Assembly: GCA_043228905.1 (NCBI GenBank)
Contig: JBHGNT010000008.1
Span: forward strand, 5,394,001 to 5,458,000
Direction: 5' to 3'
DNA from: Azolla caroliniana
Taxonomy: Eukaryota; Plantae; Polypodiophyta
DNA length: 64,000 nt
Shown: positions 50,646-63,829 of the stretch, piece after piece
Numbering within the stretch: the first letter of the stretch is position 1
How the letters are laid out: every line of letters starts with the position of its first letter
The notes under the pieces: generated by a model
Databases searched by the model: none
Seen by the model: only the letters and a program-made list of their open reading frames with translations
What the model was told of the DNA's origin: nothing
Translations under genes and position numbers: made by a program

Positions 50646-51815
50646 ATAGGGCTTTTACAGGTAGGGGCTGTGATAGCCCGAGCATAAAAGAAAACCCCAT
50701 AAATAATAATGTAAATAAAGATATTCCTTGTACAATCTCATCTAATGGTGCTACTTTTATACTAAAAGTAAATAATAATAAAATACAAAATGCTTTCGAG
50801 TACTTTAAGTGTTCTGGATTAATAGATGATGATGAAGAAATTCAGGATATGTTTGAAGAATTACGTTTTGAAGATACAATAACTCATTTGGAAGCAATGG
50901 AAGAAGACAACGAAATCCAAGTTCCTGTCCATTCAATCAAGATGTATGAGGTCATTGAAGAAGTTGCTCGAAAGGATCATGAAGCACATGTACTAACAAA
51001 GTACAAGACAGTGGAGAAGAAGGTTCGTCCTATTGCTGCTCCACTTCCAGGGGATAGTGAAAAGGCAATCAAAGAAGCAGCCACAGAGCCAATGATCAGA
51101 GACCCACGAAAGGTAGGACATGTGTTTACTCCGGAAACAATACAAGGGATGAAAATAGGAGGGGGTGACTTCCTATTACCCGCTGAAGAAAAGCAGTTCA
51201 GGGAGATGTTAAAAAGGCATGGAAAGGCGTTTGCATTCCAACCGGAGGAAATAGGGTGTGTGGATCCAGAAATTGTGGAGCCCATGGTTATATTCACTAT
51301 CCCTCATATTCCATGGAACTTTAAGCCAATACCCATGCCTAGGGCTAGAATCCCTCAACTATTAGAACTTTTGAAAGAAAAGATAAGGATGGGTATCTTG
51401 GAACCATCGAACGCTCCTTACTCGAGTCGATGGTTCACTGTGTTAAAGAAAGATGGGCGACTCCGATTTATCCAAGATATGCAACCCGTGAATAAGGTAA
51501 CAATCCGAAACTCGGGAGTAGGGCCAATTGTGGATGAGTTTGCTGAGATGTTTGCAGGAAGAGCTATATATTCAATGGGAGACCTTTATTCCGGGTATGA
51601 TCAATTTCAACTTGCTATCAAAAGTCAAGATATAACTTCTATCAAGACACCTATAGGGTTAGTACGGATGTGCACCTTGCCGCAAGGAGCGACCAACTCA
51701 GTGGCGCATATGATGAATGGAATGAACAAGGTACTTTGTGATTTTATTCCTCATATTACAATGCCTTTTTTGGATGATGTTCCAATTAAGGGATGCAAGG
51801 AGGAAGAGAAGAACG
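50642..51815 (+). pseudogene. pol: Gypsy F pol (RT), -1 frame, truncated after FLDD
   Basis: KYKTVEKKVRP, KKDGRLRFIQD, DLYSGYDQ, LPQGATNS, PFLDD; then switches to Copia sequence. Confidence 0.88.
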
Positions 51816-54370
51816 AGATTCCGACAGATAGTCGGAAGCCTTATATACTTGACCATCACCCAACTAGATCTCAGCTACCCGATCAGGGTGATTAGTCAGT
51901 TCATGGCGCGACCGACCGAGGAGCACCTTCAGTGCGCACAACGCGTACTCCGGTACGTCAATGGCACTAAGGACCGGGGGCTACTATATAGGACCGATAC
52001 TGCCGCGCAGTTGGTCGGTTACACCGATGCTGATTGGGCCGAAAATGCCGGCGATCGCCATCCGTTTCACGTTCTCTCTTGGGAGTGCCGCGATCGCGTG
52101 GAGGAGCAAGAAGCAGCCAACAGTTGCGTTGTCGAGCACAAATGCCTACGGTCCAATGGCTGGAAGGAGTACTTCTCCGACCAGTTCACAAGTTACCTAC
52201 AGAAGGAGGGAATTCGGCGCGAATTCTCGTGTAGATATACGCCGAAGCAGAACGGCGTAGCCGAGAGGAAGAATCGGACGATTGAAGAAGCGGCCAGGGC
52301 TATGCTTGAAGAGAAGTATATGCCGAAATTCTATTGGGCTGAAGCCGTGAAGACGGTTGTCTACTTGCAAAATCGGACTTCTGCTAATGGAGTGTCGCCA
52401 CATGAGTTGTATTTCAGGAAGAAGCCAAACTTGGCACACTTGAGGATCTTTGGTAGCATTGCATATGTGCATGTGAGAAAGGAAAAGAGGAGGAAGCTAG
52501 ATGCCAAAGCCGAAAAGTGTATCTTAGTCAGCTATTCAGATTAACAGAAGAGGTATAAATGTTATAACCCCCGAACAAAGGAAGTACGCGTAAGTCGAGA
52601 TGTCGTGTTCGACAAAGCCGCTTTGTGGTACTTGCCTTCACCTCCAGTACCTCAAGAATCCATTCCGATGTCTGAAGAAGAGATCACCGAGGTTGACATG
52701 CCTCCACATGATGAGGACGTCGAAGCTCTAAGAGAGAGTTCGATCTCATTTCGACTAAGTGGGCCGAATGAGTGGTTGGGCTGGGATAGAGAACCAGATG
52801 ATGAGACGGCGAGTATTGGAGACTCGGCTGTGCATTCCCCACGCAGGAAGCCGAGGACACGGCTTACGCGCAAGGAAAAACACAAGAAGAAAATGCTGGA
52901 ATACAACTTCGGCAGCGCCGAGTCAAATCGGAGTGAGTCTGACTACGGGCAAACTAAAAAGGAACCTCCCCGGAAGAGGTCGATAGTAGCCGAAAAGGTC
53001 GTGAACTCGGGTAATCACGAATTACGCCAATCTACCCACCTCAAGAACCCTGTAAAGAGATACGGGTATACTGAATACATGGCGCACCACTACGCGTACA
53101 TGACGCGAGTGGCGGAAGTGTGTGAGCCGGAGAGCTACGCAGAAGTGGTGAAAGACGCGAACTGGCGTGCCGCAATGGAGGAAGAGATGCACGCATTATT
53201 GGAGAATGAAACCTGGGACCTAGTTGACACATTGAAGGGTGTGAAGCCAATTGGATGTAGGTGGGTATACAAGGTCAAGTACAACACTAACGGCTCGGTC
53301 AATCGATACAAGGTGAGGTTGGTAGTGTAGCCGAACAGCTAGTCAGCTAAAAGGATGTCGATTGGGCCGGAAACGCCCACGATCGTCGATCCACATCTGG
53401 ATATGCATTCTCATTAGGAAGTGCGTCTATCGCATGGAGCAGCAAAAAACAGTCGACAATAGCACTGTCGAGCACGGAGGCTGAATATCAAGGGGCGACT
53501 GTCGCTACGTGTGAAGTCATTTGGCTGAAACGGTTATTACGGGATCTATAGGTAGAGGTGTCTGATCCGACGACGATCTTTTGTGACAACCTCAGCAATA
53601 TCCACCTTGCAAAGAACCCTGTTTTCGACGCCCAGACCAAGCACATTGAGGTGCATTACCATTTTGTCCGCGAGTGGGTCCTTTCAGGTGAAGTCAAACT
53701 AGTGCATGTTCCAACGGATCGGCAAGTTGCCAACATCTTCACCAAGCCTCTTGGTCTCGACAAGTTACGGAAATTCTCGGGTGCGCTTGGGTTGCGTCAC
53801 CTCGACACGCCGAACTTGAGGGGGAGAAACTAAGAATAGGGAGAACAAGGACAAGAGCGTGAAAGGAGCGGAGGTAAGCATCACGACGGAAGTGACGGAG
53901 ATACGGAGTCAGATGGACAATTTGACTTCGAACCAGTTGAAGAAGCCAAAGACGGAAGCAAGGCCCATAAGCATGAGAAGAAGCCGAGGACAGCCGAAAT
54001 AAGGGGAGATAAGGCCAAGACTAAGACGTGGTCGGATGTTGTCAAGGGTCTGAAGATTGAGGACGAATTCGAGACAACCAATTCGGATGAGAGCGGAATT
54101 GAATCGGAAGCATTTGATTCAATCAGAATGTTCGATTCGGATACACCGAATCAACTGCAGGCCATGCAGAGGAAAGGACAGCGAAGGACGTGCCGATACC
54201 ACGACAGCAAGGGAGCTGAGAAGGGCCAAACAAGTAGACAAGCCAACCGGAAGGGTCGAAGCGTGCGGAATTGAATGGGTGGAGGAGCGTGAGCGAGGCG
54301 TGAAGCCTGAAGGAACCAGAGGGTAGATCCGGAAGAACGGACGGAACCTCAAGTTGAGCTTGAGGGGGAG
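51816..54370 (+). pseudogene. Rearranged Copia G fragments (RT end/RH, integrase, RT start, RNase H, 3' extension)
   Basis: RFRQIVGSLIYL, YTDADWA, YTPKQNGVAERKN, CRWVYKVK, TKHIEVHYHFVRE; PPT 54362-54370. Confidence 0.88.
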
Positions 54371-54743
54371 TGTTGAGAGACAAGCTCAACATTCAGTGAG
54401 AAGTACGCAACGTAACCTAGTAAGTAGATTGGGTGCGTGAAAAAGTACGCACAACAGGGCTGTATCGGTGCGTAAACCGAAGAGGCCGTTAGAGCGTGAT
54501 TTCTCGTAAGGGAATAATTTTGGGAGTTTGTGTAGTCGGCTCATTTATGAGTGTCGAGTACTGTCAATATTTGTGTCAGCCTGATTGTCAGGGCTTGTAT
54601 ATAAGGTGCTCACCGAGCACAAAGTATGTACAGATTGAGTAATATTTTGAATTGAGTTTCTTTGTGTGTTCTCTCTCTCTCTCTCTCTCCCGCGTACTGT
54701 GTATATTCAAGGTCTCCATTAAACCCGCACGCTATTCTTTACA
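54371..54743 (+). repeat. Copia 3' LTR with (CT)n tract
   Basis: TGTTGAGAGACAAGCTCAACA..gcacgctattctttaca; homologous to 44446-44810. Confidence 0.88.
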
Positions 54744-55959
54744 CACATTTTTTCCTTTTTGTAACTTTACCAAATCCCATGTTCTGTTTTCAGCCAATGC
54801 ATCTATTTCTTCTTGCATTGCATTCACCCATTTTTTCTCAGCTTTTGCTTCATCAAAGTTGTTTGGATCAGGGACTTGTACCATTTTAGACATGTATGCA
54901 TAATGCATAGCCATATATATGTCATAACCAAATCTTTCAACTGTCTTTTTCTCTCTATTTGATCGTCTTAGTTTCTGAATTGCATCCTTCATTGCCCTTT
55001 CCATACTAGGAATTTTCAGGGATCCTATACCAAGCTCATCATCCAATGATGTATCTGAATCTATATCTTCTATGTTTCTAGATCCATCATCAAGTATTTT
55101 GTATTCTGGCATTTTCTGTTTTCCCTTTTTATTATCATATTCTTTGTGTCTTGCATTTTTTCCACTCCATGCATTTGATTCCGATTTACTACTTGAGCTT
55201 CTAGATGGTCTAGTACATTCCATTGATGTTGAACTTTGTTGTCCAACATTGTTTCCATCTCTGTGGTTATCTCTTACATTTTCAGATTTATCCCTGTCTT
55301 CATTTTCACAGTCTTCATCAGTTTCTACATTTTGTTTTGGGCTGTACCAACTGCTCCACTCATCAAATATTACATCCCGACTAACCACAATCCTTTTTGT
55401 CATAGGGTTATAACATCTATACCCTTTTTCCTCCTCTGAATATCCAACAAAAATACATTTTTCAACTTTTGGATCAAGCTTACTTCTCACCTCAACAGGT
55501 ACATGAACATACGCAAGGCATCCAAACACTTTTAAATGTCCTAAAATCGGCTTTCTGCCATAGAAACATTCTTCAGGAGTTACTTCATGTACTCCAGATG
55601 TTATACATCTATTTAGGATATAATTTGCTATGTTTACAACTTCTGCCCAATAATAAAATGGCATATTTTTTTCTATGGCTCTTGCTACGTTCACCAGAGT
55701 TCTGTTTTTTCTCTCAGCAACTCCATTTTGTTGTGGAGTATATCTACATGTGAACTATCTTCTTATTCCTTGATTGCATAGAAAATCAGAAAACTCATTT
55801 GAGAAGTATTATCCTCCTCCATCATATCTTAAAGACTTTATTTTAGTTCCAACCTGCTTTTCTACCATGCATTTAAACTTACGAAAACAATCAAATACTT
55901 CACTTTTTTCTTTCATGAAGTAAACCCATGTTTTCCTTGAGCAATCATCAATGAAAGTT
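54744..55959 (-). pseudogene. Copia H integrase to RT-start fragment
   Basis: FIDDCSRKTWVYF, LKVFGCLAYVHV, KCIFVGYS, MQEEIDALAENRTW. Confidence 0.9.
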
Positions 55960-58604
55960 AGTAGGTGTGCTATCACCTTATTGAGGGAATGAGAGCCTTG
56001 GTCGCTAATGATTTCGAGTGGGCATCTGAACCATGTGATGACATTTTCGTATAGGAATTTGGCAGTGGTGCGTGCATCGGAGCCCACTTGGTAGCATAAT
56101 CTGTGGCGGTGATTATGTATCGATTGAGGTTTGAAGTTGGGCTAATTGGGCCAATAAAATCAATACCCCATTTCTCGAATGGTTGCCAAGCCACTACTGG
56201 GTTTAATGTGTTGAAATCCTCTTTTTGTGGGTGCTTGAAATGTTGGCATTCGTCACATCAATGTACATACTCGTATGTGTCTTTGAATAGTGTCGGCCAC
56301 CATAGGCCTGACCGGAGGACCTTGCGTGCGATGGACTCATGATTGAAATGCCCGCGTCCGCTTCCGCAATGAGCTTGTTCAATGACATCGATGATATCAT
56401 GGTCTGCTACACACCTTCGAGTACATCGTTGTTGCCTCATCGATACAAGTTTCCTTTGAGCATCGTGAAGGGGCCACACTTCTTCAACAAGACATGTGCT
56501 TGGGCACGACTTAGTTGTTTTAAGAAGAAGGCTCCTTCGGTCAAGACGCGGACGATCTCTAATGGCCATGAAGGTATTGTATTGATCTTGAATAATGCAA
56601 CGTCCGGCATTTCGTCGTTGACTCCAATGGCTTCCTCTCCATTTGGTATTCGTCAGAAATTATCAGCGAGTACATGGTCTTTTCCTTTTCTCTCCAACAC
56701 CTTGAAGTCAAACTCGAGTAGAGTTACGATCCACCGTGATATGTGTCCTATGGCATGAGTCTTATTTACCAAGTAGAGGAGGGTGTGGTGATCCAAAAAA
56801 AATGAGAAACACGATGCCAATAGGTAATGTATGAACTCCTTTACACTGTAAATCATCGCTAAGGCTTCTCGTTCCGTTGTGGAGTAATTTTGTTCTGCAA
56901 AGTTCAACTGATGGCTAGCGAAGGGGGACCTGCTCCTTTGCTAGGTTGAGCGAATACCATGCCAATTGCGAAGGCGGAAGCGTTGGTGTGAACATGGACT
57001 TCTTTGCTCCAATCTGGGGATCGGAGGATAGGGGCCTTAGTCAAACACTTCTTCAAGAGCTCGAACGAGTGAATGCTTTAATAACGCGTAGAGTGGTTTC
57101 GCCTTCTCTGCAAACATCTTAATCAGCGTCTATAGTAACCCGCATAACCCATGAACCCTTGTAGTTGTTTTTCGCTAGTGGGTGGTGCCATGTCAAGGAT
57201 GAGCTTGACTTTCGCCTCGTCGGTCGAGATTCCATGTCAAGACACCACATGACCTAATATGAGTCCGTGTTTGACCCAAAACTAACACTTGAGAGGGTTG
57301 AGGGAGAGTTGGTACTCCCGACATTTTTCGAACATCAAGCGGAGTAGTGCAATGTGGGAATGCCACTTCAAATGACAACATAAATCATCGACGTAGGACT
57401 CCGCCCCTTTTCATAACTTTACTACGAAGATGTGGTCCGTTGTTCTTTGATAGGTGCTTAGGACACTTGGCATCTATTTGTATGTAAATGTACCAAATTC
57501 GGTTGCAAAGGCGGTCTTGTGTTGATCTTCGGGGACTACCGATATTTGGATGTAGCCCGAGAAACCACCAATGAAGCTATAGGCTTCCGCCCCTGCGACT
57601 CTTTCGAGTAAATGTTCAATGTAAGGTATCGGGTAGTTGTCCTTGATGGTGGCATCGTTGACTTGTCGATAGTCGACACATATGCGAATTTGGTCGTTCT
57701 TCTTCGGGACGCTCGATAGGGTAGATGATGTCAGCGCCTAGCATTTTATCGATTTCTTCTTTGACTTGTTGGGCATAGTTAGGGTTCATCGGGCGCAGTC
57801 GTTGTTGGATTGGATGGGCATCGGCTCGCATTGGGAGGCTATGGGTGACCACTTCAGCTGGTACACCTTTCATATCCGTGTACGTCCATACAAACACATC
57901 CTTAAATTCCGTAAGGAGTGCGACTATGGATGCCTCCTCTTCCGATTGGAGATTTGTGGCAATGAACATTGGTTTAGGGTCCATCTCAGTCCCTAGGTTG
58001 ACTTCCTTGATCCTGGCCGGTCCATCACACACTTCTCCTGGGATTTTAGGAGTGTGTTGTGGTCGTTGGCAAGCCACCACTCTAGTCCCTTATTCATAGA
58101 CTTTGAATTGTTCGGGGAAGTCAACTTCTTCAAGGGTCTTCCCAGTGGGCAAATTTTCTTCTTTTCGTGTCACTTGCTTCACTTGGCATTTGTCCTTTGT
58201 ATTGGTTTGTCTCTGTTTTGGTGCGAGGATGGTGACATTGAAACACGAAATTGTGTCCTCGTCTTCATCACAACACTTTGTACCAATGGGGTATAGGGCA
58301 TCAATCGTGGCGAGAGGGTGTACCCAATTCATCTCTGACGAATCAGAGGCTACGGATGTGTCTTCTCTCACATTCTTTGCCTTGGGAGTAGTAGGCCTTT
58401 GGGGTAGGGATTGGCCTCTAGCCAAGATCTTGACTATCTTTGTGGGGTGTCACTCGAGGAGGTTGGTCTCGAACTCAATGGTCTTTGACTAGTCGTTGAC
58501 AAGGGGACTGCCTTCTTGTTCATGGACTTTTTGTGTGTACGCCTTGATGCAAAATGTTTTGTTTTTTTTCCGCATATAAATTGTGTCATTCCCGAAGTCC
58601 ATCA
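55960..58604 (-). pseudogene. pol: Non-chromoviral Gypsy pol relic (RT, RNase H, integrase)
   Basis: EVNLGT, FKDVFVW, NYSTTEREAL, HVLADN, PFEKWGIDFIGPI; heavily degraded. Confidence 0.85.
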
Positions 58605-58880
58605 TGATAGGAACTCCACGTTCCCTATGCGCAACACTCAACCACAACCGAGCTTAGAATCATACACAGAAAACGGGAAATGAACGCACGACACAAAGGA
58701 GAGAAGAATACACAGGATGTTTACGTGGAAAACACAAATACGGGAAAAACCACGGCAGCCCACAGACTGCAAACTATCACTATATCACAATGATTACAAC
58801 AGTGAGCTCACGGAGCCAACGACCTCGTGCTCACGATCTTCGCCACAAGCGGCGGTTACAACAGAGGCAACGACCTCTTC

Positions 58881-58923
<43 letters not shown>

Positions 58924-59288
58924 CACTATTACGCGCTCTAATCTTGCACCAACAAGAATGACAACAACTACATACAAAGTTTTCCCTAAGTCATATTTAT
59001 ACTATATGACTTTTCGGCTATTTACAAATATAGTCCCGATGGACTCTCAGAAACATATTTACGAATATGTCCCTTCATCCGGCGAGCACTCCTCACCAGG
59101 CCTGCATCATCCGGCGCTTGTCGGGTACTCATCATCCGGTTCTCACTGGGCCTTCCATTTCCGGGTACTCCTTCATTCGGCGCTTGTCGGGCACTCATCA
59201 TCCGGTTCTCACCGGGTCTTCCGTTTCCAGGTACTCCTCTTCTGGTTCTCACCGGGTCTTCCCATCCGGAAGGACCTGTTTCCTAACA
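58605..59288 (-). repeat. 3' LTR of Copia I
   Basis: Minus strand TGTTAGGAA..TTCCTATCA, PPT gaagggggag at 59291-59300; (CT)n at ~58884-58920; internal ccgg repeats. Confidence 0.82.
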
Positions 59289-59300
59289 AACTCCCCCTTC

Positions 59301-62097
59301 ACTCTGGCATGGGATGCCTTACTAGTCTGATCCGCTTCCGGCATGCTTCCAGCTTGTTGGGTATCAGTACTTTGGTCAGCATATCTGACCTATTCTCGGC
59401 CGTGTGGATCTTCGTCAGTGCAAACTCCTGGTCATCTACTCTTTCCCAGATCCAGTGATACCTACGTTGGATATGCTTCGTCAGAGAATGGTAGGCCGCA
59501 TTCTTAGCAAGGTGGATGGCACTTTGACTGTCGCAATAGAGTCGTATTCATCTTGCCGGATACCGAGCTCTCCGATGAAGTCCATCATCCATAATATTTC
59601 CTTGCCAGCTTCCACAGCCGCCATGTACTCTGCCTTCGTGGTTGACAATGCAACCATCTTCTGCAGCCTCGATTGCCACGAAACTGCTCCCCCTGCATAT
59701 GTCATTACATACCCGGAAGTAGACCGGCTAGTATCCACATCAGCCGACATGTCCGAATCGGTAAAACTGTCAAGTTGAGGTTTTTCGGAGCCGAATCAGA
59801 GACACATATTTGAAGTGCCCTTCAAGTACCGGAGTATCCATTTGACTACGTTCCAGTGCTCCTTGTCGGGATTGCTCATAAACCAGCTCACCACTGCGAC
59901 TGCGTATCCTATATCCAGTCGGGTACACACCATTGCGTACATTAAGCTCCCGACGGCAGAGGCATATGGAACCTTCATCATATCAGCCTTCTCTGCTTTC
60001 GTCTTTGGGCTTTGCTTACCGGATAATCTGCAGTTTGCCGGGAGTGTCGATCCGACCGGTTTCGCTTCTAACATGTTGAACCGCTGAAGCACCTTTGTCA
60101 CGTACTTCTCCTGTGACATCCACAATTGCTTCGTTGGCCGGTTCCAGATGATATGCATCCCCAGCATCTGTCTTGCCGGACCCAAGTCTTTCATTGAGAA
60201 GGTCTGGTTGAGGGCCTTCTTCAGCATCCGTATTTTGGCTTGGTCCCGTCCGATGATCAACATGTCGTCCACGTACAGAAGGAGTATCAGGAAGTTGCCT
60301 CCTTCGAACTTCTTCACAAACACGCAGTGATCGGCCTCCGTCTTGTGGTACCCTTGATCGGTCATGAAGGAGTCGAACTTCCGGTACCATTGTTGGGGAG
60401 CCTGCTTCAGTCCGTATAGTCTCTTCTTCAACCGGCATACCAAGTGCTCCTTCCCTTTCTCCACGAATCCTTTTGGTTGCTGCATGTAGATCTCCTCTTC
60501 GAGGTCACCATGAAGGAATGTCGTCTTCATGTCTAGCTGCTCTACCTCGAGGTCCATGCTTGCCGCTATACTCAGCACCATCCGGATGGAGGTCATCTTT
60601 ACTACCGGGGCAAATATCTCGTCGAAGTCCACGCCCTTCTTCTGCTGGAAGCCCTTCACCACGATCCTAGCTTTGTATCTCGGGGGGTTGCCGGCATCTC
60701 CCGGTTTCAACTTGTACACCCACTTGTTTCAGAGTGCCCGCTTTCCTTTCGGCAACTCCATCAATTCATACATATGGTTCTCATGCAGGGAATCCATCTC
60801 ATCCTGCATGGAACTTAACCATTTGTGGCTGTGGGTGTCATGCTTCGCTTCTTCGAAGCTTTCTAGCTCCCCCTCATCGGTCAACAGCACATGCTCTGCA
60901 TCCGGAAATCTCCGGGGGGCCCTTCTCTCTCTGAGAGGATATCTCCGTCTTTAGTCTTCGGTAACCGGCTCCTCCATTTGATCTTCATCCAAATCCGATT
61001 CGGGGTCTTGGCCGATTCCGGTTTCAGCTTCCTCTACTTCTTCTTCTGCCGGTTTGGTATCCTCACCGTAACTAGCTGGTTCCTCGAGTGCTAACCGGTC
61101 TCTTGCCGGTTGGGTCTACTCATCGTAGAATCGATCCTTACCGGTCGACTCGGAGTTCATTATCTTCTTCTCCGACTCCCATTCAGCGAGCGTCTTGTCC
61201 TCCATGAAGATAATATCTCGACTCCGGAATACCTTCTTGTCGATTAGGTCCCACACTCGGTAGCCGAACTCATCGTCGCTGTAACCGAGGAATATGCATG
61301 GCCGACTCTTTGGATCCAACTTTCCTCTCCGGTCCTTAGCTACATGCACGTACGCGAGACACCCGAATACCTTCAGATGCTGGTAGGAAACTTCCTTACC
61401 GGTCCAGACTCTCTGTGGCGTGTCTCCGTCCAAGGGTACTGAGGGTGATCTGTTTATCACATACGTCGTTGTCAACAGCGCCTCAGCCCAAAACGCCTTG
61501 GGTAGTTTTGCATGCGCTACCATACTCCGGACCCTCTCCATTATGGTCCGGTTCATCCTCTCGGCCAGCTCGTTTAGTTCCAGCGTCTTCAGCACGGTAA
61601 ATTCGAGCCGGATTCCCTTCGAGCGACAGTACTCCTCAAACTACCCAAGGTATTCACCTCCGTTATCTACTCGAACCGCCTTTAGCTTCCGGCCGGTTTC
61701 TCTTTCCACTCTCGCGTGGAGCTCTTTGAAGACGGATAACACCTGATCCTTCGTCTTCAACGGTGTGGCCCACAGCTTCCGGTTGTGGTCATCTATGAAT
61801 GTCACGAAGTATTGCAATCCTGCATGCGACTTCGTGTCCACTTGACACACATCAGTATGCACTAACTCCAGTGGTGCATTACATCTCATCGGTGGCCTTG
61901 GTCGGAAGGAGGTCCGGTTTTGCTTACCGGCCAGACAATCAGTGCACGTTCTTCACTGGAATGAGGTTGTCGTCTGCAAGCCTCTTCATCCCCTTCTCGC
62001 TCATGTGACACAGCCTTTTGTGCCACACCTCACCAGCAGTGTCGGATGCCACGTTCACTTCCTCCGGACATAACCGGGCATTCATCAGGTACAACGT
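59301..62097 (-). pseudogene. pol: Copia I (Tnt1/Tto1-like) integrase-RT-RNase H
   Basis: VHTDVC, DNGGEY, YKARIVVKGFQQ, LLYVDDM, YASAVGSLMY, GAVSWQSRLQK. Confidence 0.93.
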
Positions 62098-63074
62098 TGT
62101 CGTGAAGATCCGTCACTATGCGCGGATCGTGAGGCGGAACCGCCGGGGTTCTGGACCAGAAGGATTTAGAGTCGTTTGGCGAGAAAGTACTTAAGAAAGA
62201 TTGGGAAAGAGAGAAGATGAGATTACACGATTGCTTTGATAACGAATTTCTTCTTCTTAATTTTCATAAAAAAAAAACATGTTTTTCTCCTCCCCCTTCC
62301 CTCTTTTATAGATGCTCTCATGCATATGATGCATGTGAGGGTACAAGACATGCATAAATTGCATGTTTGCCATTTGGCGCTTAAGTATTACATGTGGTGC
62401 ATGCTAACCATGTCACTTATTTTAGCACTCATGGATGAGAATTTACATGTAAAAGTACAATGATAGAAATATAATTTCAACTAAATATTATGGCTTAATG
62501 GTAAGCCATTTGACTCCTAACTTGGAGGTGCAAGGTTCGAATCCATACTTGCCCTCCTTGTATATGTATATATTTTTATATATTTATTTTATCTAGTCGT
62601 CGGTTCGCCGGATATCCAACGCCGGATACCGGTGCCGCCGCCGGATGCCGACGCCGGGTACCGGTGCCGCGCCGGACGCCGGCTCCATCGCCGGTCCGGT
62701 TTTGGTTGGCCAAAACCCTTTACGAGTAGCTAGCCACCTCTACTCTAAGTTCAAGTTACCCTTGAACTCTCTATGCTCCACACATAGACACAAAGATAAT
62801 ATCTTTTGCTCCTCCTTATATATGATGAGAGCCGTATTTGTCGTGCCTATGTGGGATATCTCACAATTTTCTCTTTTCTTTTCACAAACTTTATACCCTC
62901 ATATCTTGACATTTAGTTGTCCATTTCTCGTGTAATAAAGTGCATTCGAAACCTCCATCATTTTGTACTTAGATATTAAAAATGTTATCTTCACAATTAT
63001 TGTATTACATGATTCATACTCGATTTTGTACGTTTTATGGGATTTTCACACTATTGCCGAAAATCTTCACGACA
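62098..63074 (-). repeat. 3' LTR of non-chromoviral Gypsy J
   Basis: TGTCGTGAAGAT..ATCTTCACGACA inverted ends; G-rich PPT-like tract ggtgggggtgga on minus strand at 63075-63086. Confidence 0.85.
62491..62544 (+). promoter_or_regulatory. tRNA-type Pol III A-box/B-box module (best of nine LTR copies)
   Basis: TGGCTTAATGG-N32-GGTTCGAATCC. Confidence 0.7.
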
Positions 63075-63146
63075 TCCACCCCCACCAAACCGCACGTCCT
63101 CCGGTACGTGCCAGGAAGAGAAGAAGTGAGATTTCGGCTACGATGA

Positions 63147-63829
63147 TCAATTAGATTCCTCCATGTCTTCATTTTCATCCGGCCTATTATGTTCATCGTC
63201 GAGGTAATCGAGGTCAGGATCCTTGTCTTGTCTTTTCTTGAAAAGCTTTACTCTTTTTCCCGCAATGGGTACGGCCAACCTTGATCCGTCTAGTTCCGCA
63301 AGGTGGTATGTGGCATTATCGTTGGCACTTGTCACCACATACGGCCCGAACCACCTTCTTGCGAACTTCCTTGTTGTACTATGTTGATTGTCAAGGGTGC
63401 TGTCGTAGACCAAAACCCAATCCCCTTCTTCAATCTTCTTGGGACGAAGTCGATGCGTGTTGTCGAACCAAACTTTGTTCTTTACTCGGGCTGCCTTCAT
63501 CATCTTTTGCGCTTTTTCTAAATCTTCAGGTCTTCTTTCAAGTTGCCTTATCCGCGCCGCTAATAACTCTTCTCGGCTCATCTCGTTCCCCCACGGTGTC
63601 GCTACCCATGAGGCGATCGTCCTTTCGATGGGCATAATCGGCTTTTGTCCATACATAAGCTCCGTCGGCATATACCCTGTCACCGAGCTATGTGTCGTTC
63701 TATCGGCCCACAAGGCATAGGGTAATAGTCGTGGCCAATTCCCGACTCGACCGTTGCATGCCCGTACGATGGCTTTAACGATAGGTCCATGCCCTCGCTC
63801 GATCTTCCCATTTGCTTCCGGATTATAGG
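63147..63829 (-). pseudogene. pol: Gypsy J integrase C-terminal part
   Basis: ANGKIERGH, LPYALWADRTTHSSVTG, GDWVLVYD, RWFGPY. Confidence 0.9.
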
